Positions 30,102 through 40,909 are shown, counted from the stretch's first letter. The stretch: DNA of 64,000 nucleotides from an uncultured bacterium (GCA_903869825.1 CAIQAL010000028.1:1315-65314); one strand, 5' to 3'. Numbers and translations: made by a program. Notes: a model not told the origin generated them from the sequence alone.

Positions 30102-30689
30102 ATGAACTTTTACAATTGTACCTTTGTTTTCCTGCGACACGGGAAAACGTTACCTAACCCAGTTGATTCTCTCCGTAAATTAGCTCACCTCGGACACGAA
30201 CAGGCCATCAATTTCAAGGAAAATTATGGAAACTCCTTTGATAAAATTATCAGTTCGTCTGCAATCCGGGCAATGCAAACTGTCCACGACATCACGGAAG
30301 GGAAAGATTCAAAGGAAATTATCTCTTTGGATATCCTGTATGCTCTTCCTGGGGAAGAGGAAAATGATGAACTCATGAGAATGGGTGAACGCCATGGCTA
30401 TGTAAGTCTGCACACCTACCTTGAAAAGGAAGGTGACAACAGCACCCTGCTCCATAAGATCGGACAGGAAGGGGCATTTGCAATAGGAGAAATCCTTGGC
30501 AACATTTCCAATAAAAAAATCTTGATCGTGGCACATGCGGTAACTATCAACAGCCTGATCTACTGGATGTTTCAGGAATCATCTATCGCCACTGAAGCAT
30601 CCCTCCACATTCAGCTCGGTGAATGTCAGGCACTCGAAATCAACACCGATGCAGATGGCAAAGTGGCCAACGTACTTTTCATTCAGTAA
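30102..30689 (+). CDS. histidine phosphatase (phosphoglycerate-mutase-like) family protein
   Basis: FLRHGKT catalytic RHG motif, later H in VAHAVTIN. Confidence 0.6.
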   Translation: MNFYNCTFVFLRHGKTLPNPVDSLRKLAHLGHEQAINFKENYGNSFDKIISSSAIRAMQTVHDITEGKDSKEIISLDILYALPGEEENDELMRMGERHGYVSLHTYLEKEGDNSTLLHKIGQEGAFAIGEILGNISNKKILIVAHAVTINSLIYWMFQESSIATEASLHIQLGECQALEINTDADGKVANVLFIQ

Positions 30690-30762
30690 AATGTCGTCCG
30701 CCGGTTAAAATCCAAAACGTTGTACGAACTTAATCATAGTTCGAGCAACGTTTTTTTTATTT

Positions 30763-31212
30763 CTATAGTAATTTTTTGAATAAAGTTTTATAATCAAATT
30801 CGGGGTAGAGGGGAATTTCGCCGGCGAGGATATCATCTAGGAGAACCCAATTTGCGTCAAATTCATAAGTATTTTCAATAATATGGATGGGATTTTGTAC
30901 ATACAATTCTTTTCGTACTAAATCTCCTTGGTATAAAAAAGTGACTTCGTGTCCTTTGTTGCCTTCAAAAACAAATAAATTTTCTATAACATCAATCAAT
31001 TTTAAATTCTCAACGTCACTTAATAGTTCCTCTTGTATTTCTCTACGAACCCCAGCCTCGCTTGTTTCAAAAAAGTTTACTCCCCCGCCAAGAATCCGAT
31101 AAAAACTTTCTTTTTTAACAGAATCGAAATGTTTAGATATTAAAATTTTTCCATCTTTATAAAATAAACACAAAGCTTTTATTTTAATTTTCCCTTCTGG
31201 TTCTATGCTCAT
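30763..31212 (-). CDS. NUDIX hydrolase
   Basis: Nudix box GGGVNFFETSEAGVRREIQEEL. Confidence 0.65.
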   Translation of the reverse strand: MSIEPEGKIKIKALCLFYKDGKILISKHFDSVKKESFYRILGGGVNFFETSEAGVRREIQEELLSDVENLKLIDVIENLFVFEGNKGHEVTFLYQGDLVRKELYVQNPIHIIENTYEFDANWVLLDDILAGEIPLYPEFDYKTLFKKLL

Positions 31213-31319
31213 ATTTTTATTATACCAAAATTTGATAAAAACCCCATTTTGTATTATTGTATAAGAGTTAATTAAGCAATTGGGAGTACCTTAAAGAGTT
31301 GTTTCAGAAAATATAATAT

Positions 31320-31393
31320 TGGGAGATCGTCTAATGGTAGGACGACGGCTTCTGGAGCCGTCTATCTAGGTTCGAGTCCTAGTCTCCCAGCCA
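31320..31393 (+). tRNA. tRNA-Gln (anticodon CUG), CCA encoded
   Basis: hand-folded cloverleaf: acceptor UGGGAGA/UCUCCCA, D-stem GUCU/GGAC, anticodon stem ACGGC/GCCGU with loop UUCUGGA, T-stem CUAGG/CCUAG loop UUCGAGU, discriminator G + CCA. Confidence 0.8.
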
Positions 31394-31622
31394 ACACGTG
31401 AGCACGAGTTTGTCAAGGGTATCGTACGGGATAACCTACGCACGAGATGCGTCGGATCCCAAACACCCGTTTTTGGCGCTATATTTTTTGCTGTACTTTG
31501 TATATTTTCGGAAAAGATTGTTAACTTTTTCTTAAAGGCAATCAGTAATCGGTAAAGACGGTACAACTAATCGTATTTAACGCCAAGTCTGTTTTTAGGG
31601 ATAATTTTGTTATAATTAAAAG

Positions 31623-32021
31623 ATGAAAAAAATATATCAGGGCGAATTTCTTAAATGGAGTAATATATTTTTCTTAATTCCTCTTGCTCTTGCCGTTTTC
31701 AATAACTTATACTGGTATGCAATGGTACTGTTAGTCGTTTTTATTATTTCTTACGATTTTCATTTTTTTAACCAAGCAAAAGACCTTTATTATCTAGATG
31801 TAATTTTTTCTAGCATATTAATGCTTTCAAATTTTATTTTGCTTTTTAAGGGACATTTATTGCTCCCGTATTGTGCCCTAGCAATTCTTTGTGCCTTAAT
31901 CGCTTTATTCTTCTATTTTAGAAGGGCAAAACGTGACTATTATCTCAACCATAGCTTGTGGCATGTATTTTCCGCAGGAGTATGTATATTTTGTTTAATG
32001 ACTTTTCTTTCTATTATTTAA
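31623..32021 (+). CDS. membrane protein, hypothetical
   Basis: 132 aa, 4 TM. Confidence 0.35.
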   Translation: MKKIYQGEFLKWSNIFFLIPLALAVFNNLYWYAMVLLVVFIISYDFHFFNQAKDLYYLDVIFSSILMLSNFILLFKGHLLLPYCALAILCALIALFFYFRRAKRDYYLNHSLWHVFSAGVCIFCLMTFLSII

Positions 32022-32110
32022 CTCTTGTGTCCCGGCTAAAACACTCGAAGATAAAGCAACGACACTAGAAATTTTAGTATAATAAACCCACATCAAGCAA
32101 ATAACGTTTT

Positions 32111-32593
32111 TTATTTCTTTTTTGCCAAGAAATCACCCAACTTTTCAAGTTGCTGAGTAAAACCATATTGCATCCCCTCTACCGCCATAGTGGCATCCGG
32201 TCCAAACTTATTAATCGTAGCAACCAAATGTAATTTGGTTTTCCCGTCTTCTTCTGATAAAACAAGCTCAGTCACCTGCTCGATCTCCGTAGTTTCTTTT
32301 TGGCCCTCGGTCCAAGCTTTGGCATCATAAGAGAGTTTGGAATTTGGTTCAATTACGGTAAAAGTTCCAAGCATTGGCCACTTGGTGTCTTTATATTGTC
32401 CCATCGCCTCGCCCGCTTCCATCACTATGAATATAGTGCCACCAACCTTGAGATCAATTTTACATTCAGGAATAGTAACGTCTCTCGGCCCCCACCATTC
32501 TTTAACCATCTCTGGATCTGTCCAAGCTTTCCAGACAAGGTGAACAGGCGCGTCATATGTTTTATCAAACACAACTTTTTTAATTGGTTCCAT
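32111..32593 (-). CDS. SRPBCC/AHSA1 (activator of Hsp90 ATPase-like, START-fold) domain protein
   Basis: N-terminal DAPVHLVWKAWTDPEMVKEWWGP typical of AHSA1/SRPBCC family. Confidence 0.6.
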   Translation of the reverse strand: MEPIKKVVFDKTYDAPVHLVWKAWTDPEMVKEWWGPRDVTIPECKIDLKVGGTIFIVMEAGEAMGQYKDTKWPMLGTFTVIEPNSKLSYDAKAWTEGQKETTEIEQVTELVLSEEDGKTKLHLVATINKFGPDATMAVEGMQYGFTQQLEKLGDFLAKKK

Positions 32594-32697
32594 AAATTTT
32601 AATTCCCTGCTAGTTGAACACAGGGGTGCATTATTATTTTGTAATACTATTTACTACATCGGACTAAAGTTTTTCTTCCATTATTGGTCAATTTAAC

Positions 32698-33909
32698 CTA
32701 GTTTGTTTCCTTCCTTTTTAGAGACGAAGCACGCTTGATTGTATCTTCGCCATATTTTTTTCTTATTTTATCCGCTACTTCTTCCACTACTAAATTTTTC
32801 AGGGCTTTCTTTTGTTTCCCAAATAAATCAAGCGGCACTTCTTCTTGCCGTTTAAGGTTGTGTAATATTACTCCGGTTGAACGGATCCTGGCCTTTTTCG
32901 GCAATAGTCTTAAAAACTTCGGTTCGATGGCATCTAGCACACTACCAGGGTCTGCGGTATACTCAGTCAATTTTACTTCGTCAAAATAATATTTATACTC
33001 ACTTGTTTTAACAAAAAACGATACTTTGTTACTAACCAAATTTATAACTCTCGCGTTCTTACAACCGTCCTCTGCCCGCTCTGCCATTTCTCGCCAAATT
33101 ATTTTTGTATCACTCGAAGCCGGATGAAAAGTACTTGTGGCTTGGATTGATTTCTGATCCCGTGGATCGGAGTCGTTTTCCACTTCCATAATTTGCTCTC
33201 CAGCAAGTTCTTTTTTTAAAACAAGCAGTGGCTTTGAGAAATTTTTTATTATTTTTACGTCAGGATAATTTACAAAATCATATGCAGTTTTTATTCCAAG
33301 CCTCACTAAGGCTGGAGCTGTTTGCCGACCAATCCCCCAAACATCTTCGATTGAAGTTTTTCGAAGCGCCCCCTCTTCATCTTCTTTTGAAATGAGAATC
33401 ACCGAACCATTAGGTTTTTCAAGTTTTGATGCTTGCTTCGCGAGTGTTTTAGTTCGAGCCAGGCCAAATGAATAAGTCACCTGAAGTGTTTTTTCAATTT
33501 CTTTTTTTAGTTCAACCAAAAGTTTTTTCTCTCCACCGAAATATTTTACAATAGACGGTTCTACTAAAGCAAAACATTCATCAATACTATATATTTCGAC
33601 TTTAGCAAAGTAGGACAAAAGAATCAGATACATTTTGTCCGCAATATCTTGATATAAATCAAAATGGTGCGAAAGAATAACCACCTCCGGGAAAAATTTC
33701 TTTATCTGAAATACCGGCATCCCGCGCGTTACTCCGAGCTTTTTTGCCTCCATGCTCATCGCAACTGCAATCCCCCTGTCCCCACCCACAATAACCGGAT
33801 GCCCTCGCAGTTCCGGATGCATGGAAATTTCGCAAGCTACAAAAAAAGAATCTCCGTCGGCGTGTAGATATAGATTTTTTGATTCTTTTCTCATAAAAGC
33901 ATTATACAA
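32698..33909 (-). CDS. dinB: Y-family DNA polymerase (DinB/Pol IV-like)
   Basis: LHADGDSFFVACE and YSIDECF catalytic motifs, little-finger C-terminus. Confidence 0.75.
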   Translation of the reverse strand: MYNAFMRKESKNLYLHADGDSFFVACEISMHPELRGHPVIVGGDRGIAVAMSMEAKKLGVTRGMPVFQIKKFFPEVVILSHHFDLYQDIADKMYLILLSYFAKVEIYSIDECFALVEPSIVKYFGGEKKLLVELKKEIEKTLQVTYSFGLARTKTLAKQASKLEKPNGSVILISKEDEEGALRKTSIEDVWGIGRQTAPALVRLGIKTAYDFVNYPDVKIIKNFSKPLLVLKKELAGEQIMEVENDSDPRDQKSIQATSTFHPASSDTKIIWREMAERAEDGCKNARVINLVSNKVSFFVKTSEYKYYFDEVKLTEYTADPGSVLDAIEPKFLRLLPKKARIRSTGVILHNLKRQEEVPLDLFGKQKKALKNLVVEEVADKIRKKYGEDTIKRASSLKRKETN

Positions 33910-34003
33910 CGGGAAACATATTTTTATTTTAATGAAACCTTCATCGTCTATGTGGTACCCTCAGGGAGTCGAATGATTAAAAATTATTAAGTCAAATAAT
34001 TTT

Positions 34004-34429
34004 ATGGACAATATGAACCCAGTAGTACATTTTGAAATGCCAGCCGAAGATCTCGGCCGGATGAGGATGTTTTATGAAAAGGCCTTTGGTTGGAAGACCA
34101 AACAAATGGACGATGATATGGGGAATTACGTGGTGGTTAATACCGGAGAAACCGATGAAAAAGGAATGCTTACAAAGACCAACCGCATCAATGGTGGTTT
34201 TTATGAAAAAACTTCTGATCCCTTGAGTAATCACCCCTCTGTTGTCATTGCCGTCGATGACCTCGAAAAAGCTATAAAAAAAGTAAAAGAAGCAGGTGGA
34301 AAAGTTATCGGCGGGATGAAAAAAGACGGTACTCCGGACGACATCCCGAACATCGGGCTGTATATTTCAATAATTGATACTGAAGGCAACCGGGTCGGAA
34401 TGCTAGAACCAAAAGGAATGATGCCGTAA
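34004..34429 (+). CDS. glyoxalase/bleomycin-resistance (VOC) family protein
   Basis: VVHFEMPAEDLGRMRMFYEKAFGW pattern of VOC fold. Confidence 0.6.
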   Translation: MDNMNPVVHFEMPAEDLGRMRMFYEKAFGWKTKQMDDDMGNYVVVNTGETDEKGMLTKTNRINGGFYEKTSDPLSNHPSVVIAVDDLEKAIKKVKEAGGKVIGGMKKDGTPDDIPNIGLYISIIDTEGNRVGMLEPKGMMP

Positions 34430-34454
34430 TAATTATTAATATAAACTTTCCATC

Positions 34455-34483
34455 AAAAAAAGCGCCTTCCGGCGCTTTTTTTG
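34455..34483. terminator. bidirectional intrinsic terminator
   Basis: aaaaaaagcgcc-ttcc-ggcgcttttttt. Confidence 0.65.
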
Positions 34484-34502
34484 ATAATTTATTTTTTAAT
34501 TT

Positions 34503-35282
34503 TTAGAAACCAAAAATGCCGGCAAGGAAACCCCCGATTGAACCAAAGAAACCTTTGTGCTTCCCTTGATTGCCATTCGTGGTAGTTCCCTCAGCAACTT
34601 GCACTTTGATTTGAGAATCAATAATAGAAGCTGCAGTAATAGTTGTACCATTTACAGTTCCTTGTACTATAACACTGTCCCCTATTGCAATACTTGAAAT
34701 AGAAGAAATCACTCCTTCCTTTTCTATTTTCGCGTTAGTGGCATCAATGCTATAAGTAACATTACTGCTATTTAAAATAGTTATGGTGTTACCACTAACA
34801 ACGGTAACTTTTCCTCCGACAACCGGCTGACCGTTTCCTTGAATCAAGGACCCGATTTTATTTCCTCTCCCCATTCCAACTGCTGGAAATCCATCACGAA
34901 CAGTTTTTGCTACAACTGATGTTCCAGTTATTGTCCCACTAACCATAACCGTATCACCAACCAAAATGTTTGAGACAGTTGAAGTGGATCCGTTTTTTGT
35001 CACAGTCGCGTTACTAGCATTCACCATGTAAGTTTGAGTACTAAGAGTAACTCCATCAGTATTTAATTTTTTAGTTGTTAATGTAAAAGTGGAACCGTTG
35101 ACCGTAGCCACCGTCCCACGAAGACCAAAACCACCACGAGTTCCTTTCATCATTGTCCCCCAACCATTACCATTCGAGGTTGAACGGTAAGCAGTATTCC
35201 CTTCAGCGTACACGGGGGACGCCGCAAGAATGGCAACAAACAGACTCAAAAATAGTAATAATGTGCTTTTTTTGTTTAACAT
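34503..35282 (-). CDS. secreted repeat protein (tandem DUF5666-like beta domains) with C-terminal hydrophobic tail
   Basis: signal peptide; two similar segments (GTVATVNGSTFTLT / GTVNGTTITAAS) each with 'VxVxGTxxGTxVxAxxV' pattern. Confidence 0.35.
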   Translation of the reverse strand: MLNKKSTLLLFLSLFVAILAASPVYAEGNTAYRSTSNGNGWGTMMKGTRGGFGLRGTVATVNGSTFTLTTKKLNTDGVTLSTQTYMVNASNATVTKNGSTSTVSNILVGDTVMVSGTITGTSVVAKTVRDGFPAVGMGRGNKIGSLIQGNGQPVVGGKVTVVSGNTITILNSSNVTYSIDATNAKIEKEGVISSISSIAIGDSVIVQGTVNGTTITAASIIDSQIKVQVAEGTTTNGNQGKHKGFFGSIGGFLAGIFGF

Positions 35283-35449
35283 AATAAATGAAATATATCA
35301 ATTTAATCGTAATATTTGGGTCAAATGACTAAGATGACCCTTATGTTAGTATATACGAGTAGTTTCTTTCCCTTGGTGCACTTTCCAAAGTGCCAAAAAC
35401 TGTATTATAAAAAAGTTGACTTAGTTTCTGCCCGGAGTAGAATTATTGG

Positions 35450-36355
35450 ATGAAAAAAAATCTAAAGACAATTTTATACATATTTTTCGCTATCATAATA
35501 ATATTGATGGTTATCAGAGTCGCAGCACGAAAAACAACTGCTCCGACTATTTCCACTACGGCTCCAATCAGCGTTTATTATGCTTGCAACAACAATAAAT
35601 CAATTAGAGCAACCTACGTCACCGGAGCAGAAATAGTTGTCGCTCAAGGAGAGCAACCGATTCCAAGCGGAAAAATAGAATTAAAATTAAGCGACGGACG
35701 AGCTTTTACTCTAAACCAAACTATCTCAGCAGACGGAACTCGGTATGCCAATCCGGATGAGTCATTTGTGTTTTGGGGAAAAGGAAATGGCGCACTAGTA
35801 CTTGAAAATAATCAGGCAAAAAGTTACATTGGTTGCGTTGTTGTAAAACCAGATACAGGAGGACTTACGGAAATCTATCAAAATGGAACAGACGGATACT
35901 CACTCAGGTATCCGACCGGTTACACGGTGGATGAAAAATATATTTATCAAGCACTCGGCCCAGGAAAAGATATTTACGGAACAAAGTTTACTATCCCAAC
36001 CGAATTAACGAAAAACACCAATCTCTCTACAGACACTTACTTTTCAGTAGAGCTTATTCCAAAAACAGAAAATTGTACTGCGGGGTTGTTTCTTGACAAA
36101 GACGCTCAAGTAAAAGATGTGACCGAAAATGACACGGTTTATTCAATGGGGACCACAAGCGGGGCAGGTGCGGGTAACCGTTATGAAGAAACCGTTTATG
36201 CGATGCATGGAACAAACCCTTGCCTTGGGATTAGATACTTCGTTCACTATGGAGCAATAGAAAATTATCCTGTTGGCGTCGTACAAGAATTCAATAAAAA
36301 TGCATTGTTAAAAACTTTCGACGAGATTCGTCAAACGATCACAATCAATCTATAA
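35450..36355 (+). CDS. membrane-anchored protein with N-terminal MliC-like (lysozyme-inhibitor-fold) domain
   Basis: TM anchor; YYACNNNKSI...ADGTRYANPDESFVFWGKGNGA resembles MliC C...SGxxY...FWxKG signature. Confidence 0.35.
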   Translation: MKKNLKTILYIFFAIIIILMVIRVAARKTTAPTISTTAPISVYYACNNNKSIRATYVTGAEIVVAQGEQPIPSGKIELKLSDGRAFTLNQTISADGTRYANPDESFVFWGKGNGALVLENNQAKSYIGCVVVKPDTGGLTEIYQNGTDGYSLRYPTGYTVDEKYIYQALGPGKDIYGTKFTIPTELTKNTNLSTDTYFSVELIPKTENCTAGLFLDKDAQVKDVTENDTVYSMGTTSGAGAGNRYEETVYAMHGTNPCLGIRYFVHYGAIENYPVGVVQEFNKNALLKTFDEIRQTITINL

Positions 36356-36359
36356 CTTT

Positions 36360-38057
36360 TTAGACTACTTTCACTAGTTTCTTACTAAGCTCTTTCTTAG
36401 AAATTGATCCTTGGGTAGGAGATTTTTTACTGATGGAAGCTTTAATAAATGCAGTAAAGAGTGGGTGCGGAGCAAGTGGTCGAGATTTGAATTCAGGATG
36501 AAATTGCGTCCCTAAATAAAATGGGTGCATCCTCTTCGGCAATTCGGCAATTTCCATAAGTTCCCCATTTGGAGAAATTCCTGAAAAAACAAGTCCCGCC
36601 TTTTCTAGTCTTTCAACATATGAATTGTTTACTTCATAGCGATGGCGGTGTCGTTCGGTAATTTCCTTTTTTCCATAAGCCGAGGCAGCAACAGTACCGT
36701 TTTTTAAGGTACAAGGATATGATCCGAGACGCATGGTAGCTCCGTAATTTTTATTTTTAATTTTTTCAACCTGGTCGGCCATAGTAGCAATAACCGGGTC
36801 GGGTGTACTTGAATCAAATTCTGTTGAATTTGCTTTTTTAATATTTAAAACATTCCGGGCAAAAGAAATGGTCAATATCTGCATCCCCAAACATAGCCCA
36901 AAATAAGGGATTTTATGTTGGCGGGCATAATCGGCAACTAAAATCATCCCTTCTGTTCCCCGCTTACCGAAACCTCCCGGGAGGATAATGCCATCTAGCT
37001 CTTCTAACTCTTTTAATTTTCCTTTGTCCGCTTCGTATCTTTCGGTATCAAGCCAAATAATATTTGGCTTGTATCCCAAGTTCCAAGTAGCGTGATTAAC
37101 TGATTCAATGACAGAAATATAAGTATCTTTACAAGATTTAAAATTAAAATACTTACCCACGATACCTATCTTTACCTCCTTGTTTATTTTTTTAATTTTA
37201 TTTGCCAATGCTGTCCAATCAGCTAGATCTTTTTGTCGTGGTGGCAACCCTATAGTTTTGAGAAGAATTTCTCCAAAATTTTCTTTTTCAAAATTAACTG
37301 GGACATCGTAAATAGAATAAACATCCGGAGCAGAAATTATCCTCTCGATCGGCAAACTACAGACATTACTAATTGTTCTTTTGATGTCGGGAGTAGCAGG
37401 ATGATCCGCTCGACAAAGCACAAAGTCTGGATTGAGTCCCATCGAATGAAGGTCATTAATGGCACGCTGGGTTGGTTTTGATTTTTGCTCACCCAAGAGC
37501 GACGGTGTCGGCAAGTAACTTGTCAAAACAATAAATACGTCGCCAGGATTTTTTGATTTCATCATTCTAGCCGCTTCTAAGAATGGCAAGAGTTGATACT
37601 CGCCTACTGTTCCACCGTACTCTATTATGGTAATATCAGATTTATTTTTTTCATGACAAGCGGTAATCCGTCTGATTATTTCTTTCGGAATATCCGGGTA
37701 AACTTCAACATCTTCTCCTCCGTACTCCAGATTTCGTTCTCGCCGTATTACTTCGGCGTAAATTTGACCGGTAGTTATATAATCTTCTTTGGTACTTGTC
37801 TGATTAGTAAAGCGTTCATAATTGCCAAGATCTTGATCTGCTTCCACTCCGTCGTCTCCGACGAAAACTTCCCCATGCTCTGCTGGACGGATGGTGCCAG
37901 CATCGATATTGACATACATATCTGCTTTCAGATTAGCTACTCGATAACCCCGAGACTGCAATATTTTACCGATAGAAGCCGCGGCAATTCCTTTTCCAAC
38001 ACTAGACATAACTCCACCAACAACGAAAATGTATTTGCAATTATCTTTTTTTTGCAT
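36360..38057 (-). CDS. pyrG: CTP synthase
   Basis: N-terminal synthetase domain VGGVMSSVGKGIAAAS, C-terminal GATase (GLCLGMQ). Confidence 0.9.
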   Translation of the reverse strand: MQKKDNCKYIFVVGGVMSSVGKGIAAASIGKILQSRGYRVANLKADMYVNIDAGTIRPAEHGEVFVGDDGVEADQDLGNYERFTNQTSTKEDYITTGQIYAEVIRRERNLEYGGEDVEVYPDIPKEIIRRITACHEKNKSDITIIEYGGTVGEYQLLPFLEAARMMKSKNPGDVFIVLTSYLPTPSLLGEQKSKPTQRAINDLHSMGLNPDFVLCRADHPATPDIKRTISNVCSLPIERIISAPDVYSIYDVPVNFEKENFGEILLKTIGLPPRQKDLADWTALANKIKKINKEVKIGIVGKYFNFKSCKDTYISVIESVNHATWNLGYKPNIIWLDTERYEADKGKLKELEELDGIILPGGFGKRGTEGMILVADYARQHKIPYFGLCLGMQILTISFARNVLNIKKANSTEFDSSTPDPVIATMADQVEKIKNKNYGATMRLGSYPCTLKNGTVAASAYGKKEITERHRHRYEVNNSYVERLEKAGLVFSGISPNGELMEIAELPKRMHPFYLGTQFHPEFKSRPLAPHPLFTAFIKASISKKSPTQGSISKKELSKKLVKVV

Positions 38058-38071
38058 CTTTTTACTTTATA

Positions 38072-38989
38072 TTATTTGTTCAAGTATCTCCTAACCGCGA
38101 GTAAACTTGAAACCATTCCCAAAAATACTCCTGATAATAAAACAACAATAAAAATTGTATATAAGTGTGAGAAGTAGTAGTGATACAAATTAATTCCAAG
38201 GAAATCGGTCATGTTGTGCCCAAGCCAGATCGTAACTGGCAAGAACAAAAGCAACGTCACAGCTGTCGCCACGATACCATAAATAGCTCCCTCGATCATA
38301 AATGGACCTCGGACACGCATCTTTGAAGCCCCTACCAAACGCATTACGCCTATCTCTTCTTTCGAGAAGAAGATTTTAAGCCGAATGGTATTGAAAGTGA
38401 TAATTATTGAAATAATGATAAGAATCAAGGTAACTAAAAATCCTATTCTTTGTCCACCGGCAATAATCGCGTTCAATCGATCGATTACCAATTTATTTTG
38501 GTAATAATTTACTTTATCAATAATGGAAGCAGCTCCGGTAGAAATTGTGCTGTCTGATTTTAGAAAATTGGCAATTGTCTCGTACTGGGAAACTTCTTTT
38601 GCTTTGATATTCAAATAGCCACCAAGTGGGTTTGTCCCGATTTCGTCCAATGCTTGAATGGTAGGATAATCTTTTTCATGCCTGGCTCTAAATATATCCA
38701 AGGCGTCACCGGCAGAAGTGTACGAAACGCTCTCAACTTCCGGTAAACTTTCTATCCCACTTTTGAGCGCCATTATCTTGTCTTCGGATGCTCCAACATT
38801 AAAATAAATCGTCACGTCTACTTTGTCTTTAATTTGAGTTAAAGAAGAAATAACTACTGCTTGAAGCAAAATAATACTAACGATAACCGAAAGAGTGATC
38901 GTAGTTATGATTACCGAGGCCCAAGAAATAAGTCCGTTTCGTTTGAAATTTATAAACCCTGATTTAATTATTCTTTTGATTAACATCAT
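38072..38989 (-). CDS. ftsX: cell division ABC transporter permease FtsX
   Basis: 305 aa, 4 TM with large extracytoplasmic loop, adjacent to ftsE. Confidence 0.8.
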   Translation of the reverse strand: MMLIKRIIKSGFINFKRNGLISWASVIITTITLSVIVSIILLQAVVISSLTQIKDKVDVTIYFNVGASEDKIMALKSGIESLPEVESVSYTSAGDALDIFRARHEKDYPTIQALDEIGTNPLGGYLNIKAKEVSQYETIANFLKSDSTISTGAASIIDKVNYYQNKLVIDRLNAIIAGGQRIGFLVTLILIIISIIITFNTIRLKIFFSKEEIGVMRLVGASKMRVRGPFMIEGAIYGIVATAVTLLLFLPVTIWLGHNMTDFLGINLYHYYFSHLYTIFIVVLLSGVFLGMVSSLLAVRRYLNK

Positions 38990-39010
38990 TATTTTTCTTT
39001 TATTAACCCA

Positions 39011-39691
39011 TTATATAGTATATTTACCCTCCTTGTCATCTCGCACAACTTTACCGTTTTCCATAGTAATAACCCGCTTTTTTACCGATTCCAAAATTCC
39101 TTTATTGTGGGTAGTTAAAATGACCGTGGTTCCAAGGTCGTTTATCTTTTTTAAAATCTGGATAATTTCATAAGCATTTACCGGGTCCAAATTCCCAGTC
39201 GGCTCATCGGCAATAATAATTTCTGGCTGATTAATGATAGCTCGGGCTATCGAAAGTCTCTGTTTCTCTCCGCCGGACATTTCATGAGGAAAATGGTTCG
39301 ATTTTTGCCCCAAATCAACCAATTCTAGAACATGAGGAACATCTCCAGCTATTTCCTCGTCAGTTTTCCCAACTGCTTCCATTGCAAAAGCGATATTTTC
39401 ATAGGCCGTTTTATTTGAAAGAAGTTTGAAATCCTGAAAAACAACCCCAATTCTCCGTCGAAGATTTGTAAGGTCAGTGCTTTTTAGTTTGTGAATATCT
39501 ACCGATTCAAAAAAGACCGTACCCTCGGTAGGCGCCGCCTCGGCCAAAATCATTTTAACTAAAGTAGTTTTTCCTGCTCCAGAGTGTCCAACGATTGAGA
39601 CAAATTCTCCTTCGGTAACTGTCAGAGTGACCTTGTCGAGCGCCACTGAATCCTTGTCGTATACCTTTGAAACATTATTAAAGTAAATCAC
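39011..39691 (-). CDS. ftsE: cell division ABC transporter ATP-binding protein FtsE
   Basis: Walker A GHSGAGKTT, signature MSGGEKQR, Walker B IIIADEPTG. Confidence 0.85.
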   Translation of the reverse strand: MIYFNNVSKVYDKDSVALDKVTLTVTEGEFVSIVGHSGAGKTTLVKMILAEAAPTEGTVFFESVDIHKLKSTDLTNLRRRIGVVFQDFKLLSNKTAYENIAFAMEAVGKTDEEIAGDVPHVLELVDLGQKSNHFPHEMSGGEKQRLSIARAIINQPEIIIADEPTGNLDPVNAYEIIQILKKINDLGTTVILTTHNKGILESVKKRVITMENGKVVRDDKEGKYTI

Positions 39692-39805
39692 TATCTTATT
39701 TTATCACAAAAATAAAAAAATCAACCTTTGACATTGTACAAACAAAATGTTAAATTAAACTCGGAAAATAAAATAAAATAACAAAACAAAAAAAGTAATC
39801 TATTA

Positions 39806-39971
39806 TGTTAAGAATCAGGATTTTCTCCAGAAAGAAAATGAGAACGAAGAAAAGATATCCACATAATAATAATAATGGCTGGAAATGCCTAATCTGTGGC
39901 TATTTTAACAAAAAAAATCACGTGCATTGCCGGAACCCTGTTCACGACAAGCATGAAAACCCCATAATTTA
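39806..39971 (+). CDS. possible small basic zinc-ribbon protein (54 aa)
   Basis: ORF below 60-aa cutoff; WKCLICGYFNKKNHVHCRNPVH gives C-x2-C-x10-C-x4-H spacing. Confidence 0.25.
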
Positions 39972-40019
39972 AAGGGTAAAAATCCAAACCTAGCTTTTAC
40001 TATTAAGTAGAAGCTTTTT

Positions 40020-40907
40020 TTATAACTTTTTTTCGGCTTTTAGAAACAAATCAAGGTCACCTGAGAGAACTGCATCAACGTTTGAGGTTTCAGCATCGGT
40101 TCGATGATCTTTCACCATCTTGTAGGGATGAAGCACATATGAGCGAATTTGACTCCCCCATTCTATCTCGGTGTTACCACTTTTTTTCATACTTTCTTCT
40201 ATCATCTTTTTTTCTTGTTCCGCCCGCCTAAAAATTTTGGCTCGTAAAATAGACAAAGCTTGTTCCCGGTTTTGTTCTTGAGAACGCTGTCCAGAAGCGT
40301 GAACTGATATCCCTGTCGGGATATGCACTATTCGAACGGCAGTTTCTCTTTTGTTGACATTCTGCCCGCCAGGACCTCCGGCTCGGGCAAATTCAATTTT
40401 CAAATCTCCTTCCGGGATTATAAAATCACGCTCTTCCAACTTGGAAAATTTCGGCAAAACCTCAACCAATGAAAAAGAAGTATGCCGCAACTTTTTTGCG
40501 TTGAAGGGTGAAATTCGGACTAACCGATGCACCCCGGATTCGTTTTTCAAAATACCATAAGCATTTTTACCTTCCACTTCAAATGAAACATTCTTATACC
40601 CATTCTGTTCGTTTTTATGTTCATTAATAAATGAAATTCCCCACCCTTTCCGATCGGCATATTTCAAATATATCTCGAGTAATATTCGAGAGAAATCTTC
40701 CGCGTCATCCCCCCCGGCTCCGGAGATAATCGTTATTATTGCATTACCTTTATCATATTTCCCCAAGCCTGCTTTTTTATTTTTTAATTCTTCAAGTTCC
40801 CTAATGGTGTTTTTCGCTTTTTCTTTATTCAGCCAAAAATCTGATCCCGTCATTTCTTGTTCGAGCCGAGCGATACTCTCTTCTATTTTATTTTTGTCTT
40901 CATCCAT
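40020..40907 (-). CDS. prfB: peptide chain release factor 2 (N-terminally short form, no frameshift site)
   Basis: SPF tripeptide (RISPFNAKK), GGQ motif ([24 protein letters not shown]), 295 aa. Confidence 0.85.
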   Translation of the reverse strand: MDEDKNKIEESIARLEQEMTGSDFWLNKEKAKNTIRELEELKNKKAGLGKYDKGNAIITIISGAGGDDAEDFSRILLEIYLKYADRKGWGISFINEHKNEQNGYKNVSFEVEGKNAYGILKNESGVHRLVRISPFNAKKLRHTSFSLVEVLPKFSKLEERDFIIPEGDLKIEFARAGGPGGQNVNKRETAVRIVHIPTGISVHASGQRSQEQNREQALSILRAKIFRRAEQEKKMIEESMKKSGNTEIEWGSQIRSYVLHPYKMVKDHRTDAETSNVDAVLSGDLDLFLKAEKKL

Positions 40908-40909
40908 GA

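Noticed and set aside
31366-31566. 66-aa minus-strand ORF overlapping tRNA-Gln
   Set aside because: Overlaps a well-folded tRNA and the structured trailer; not coding.
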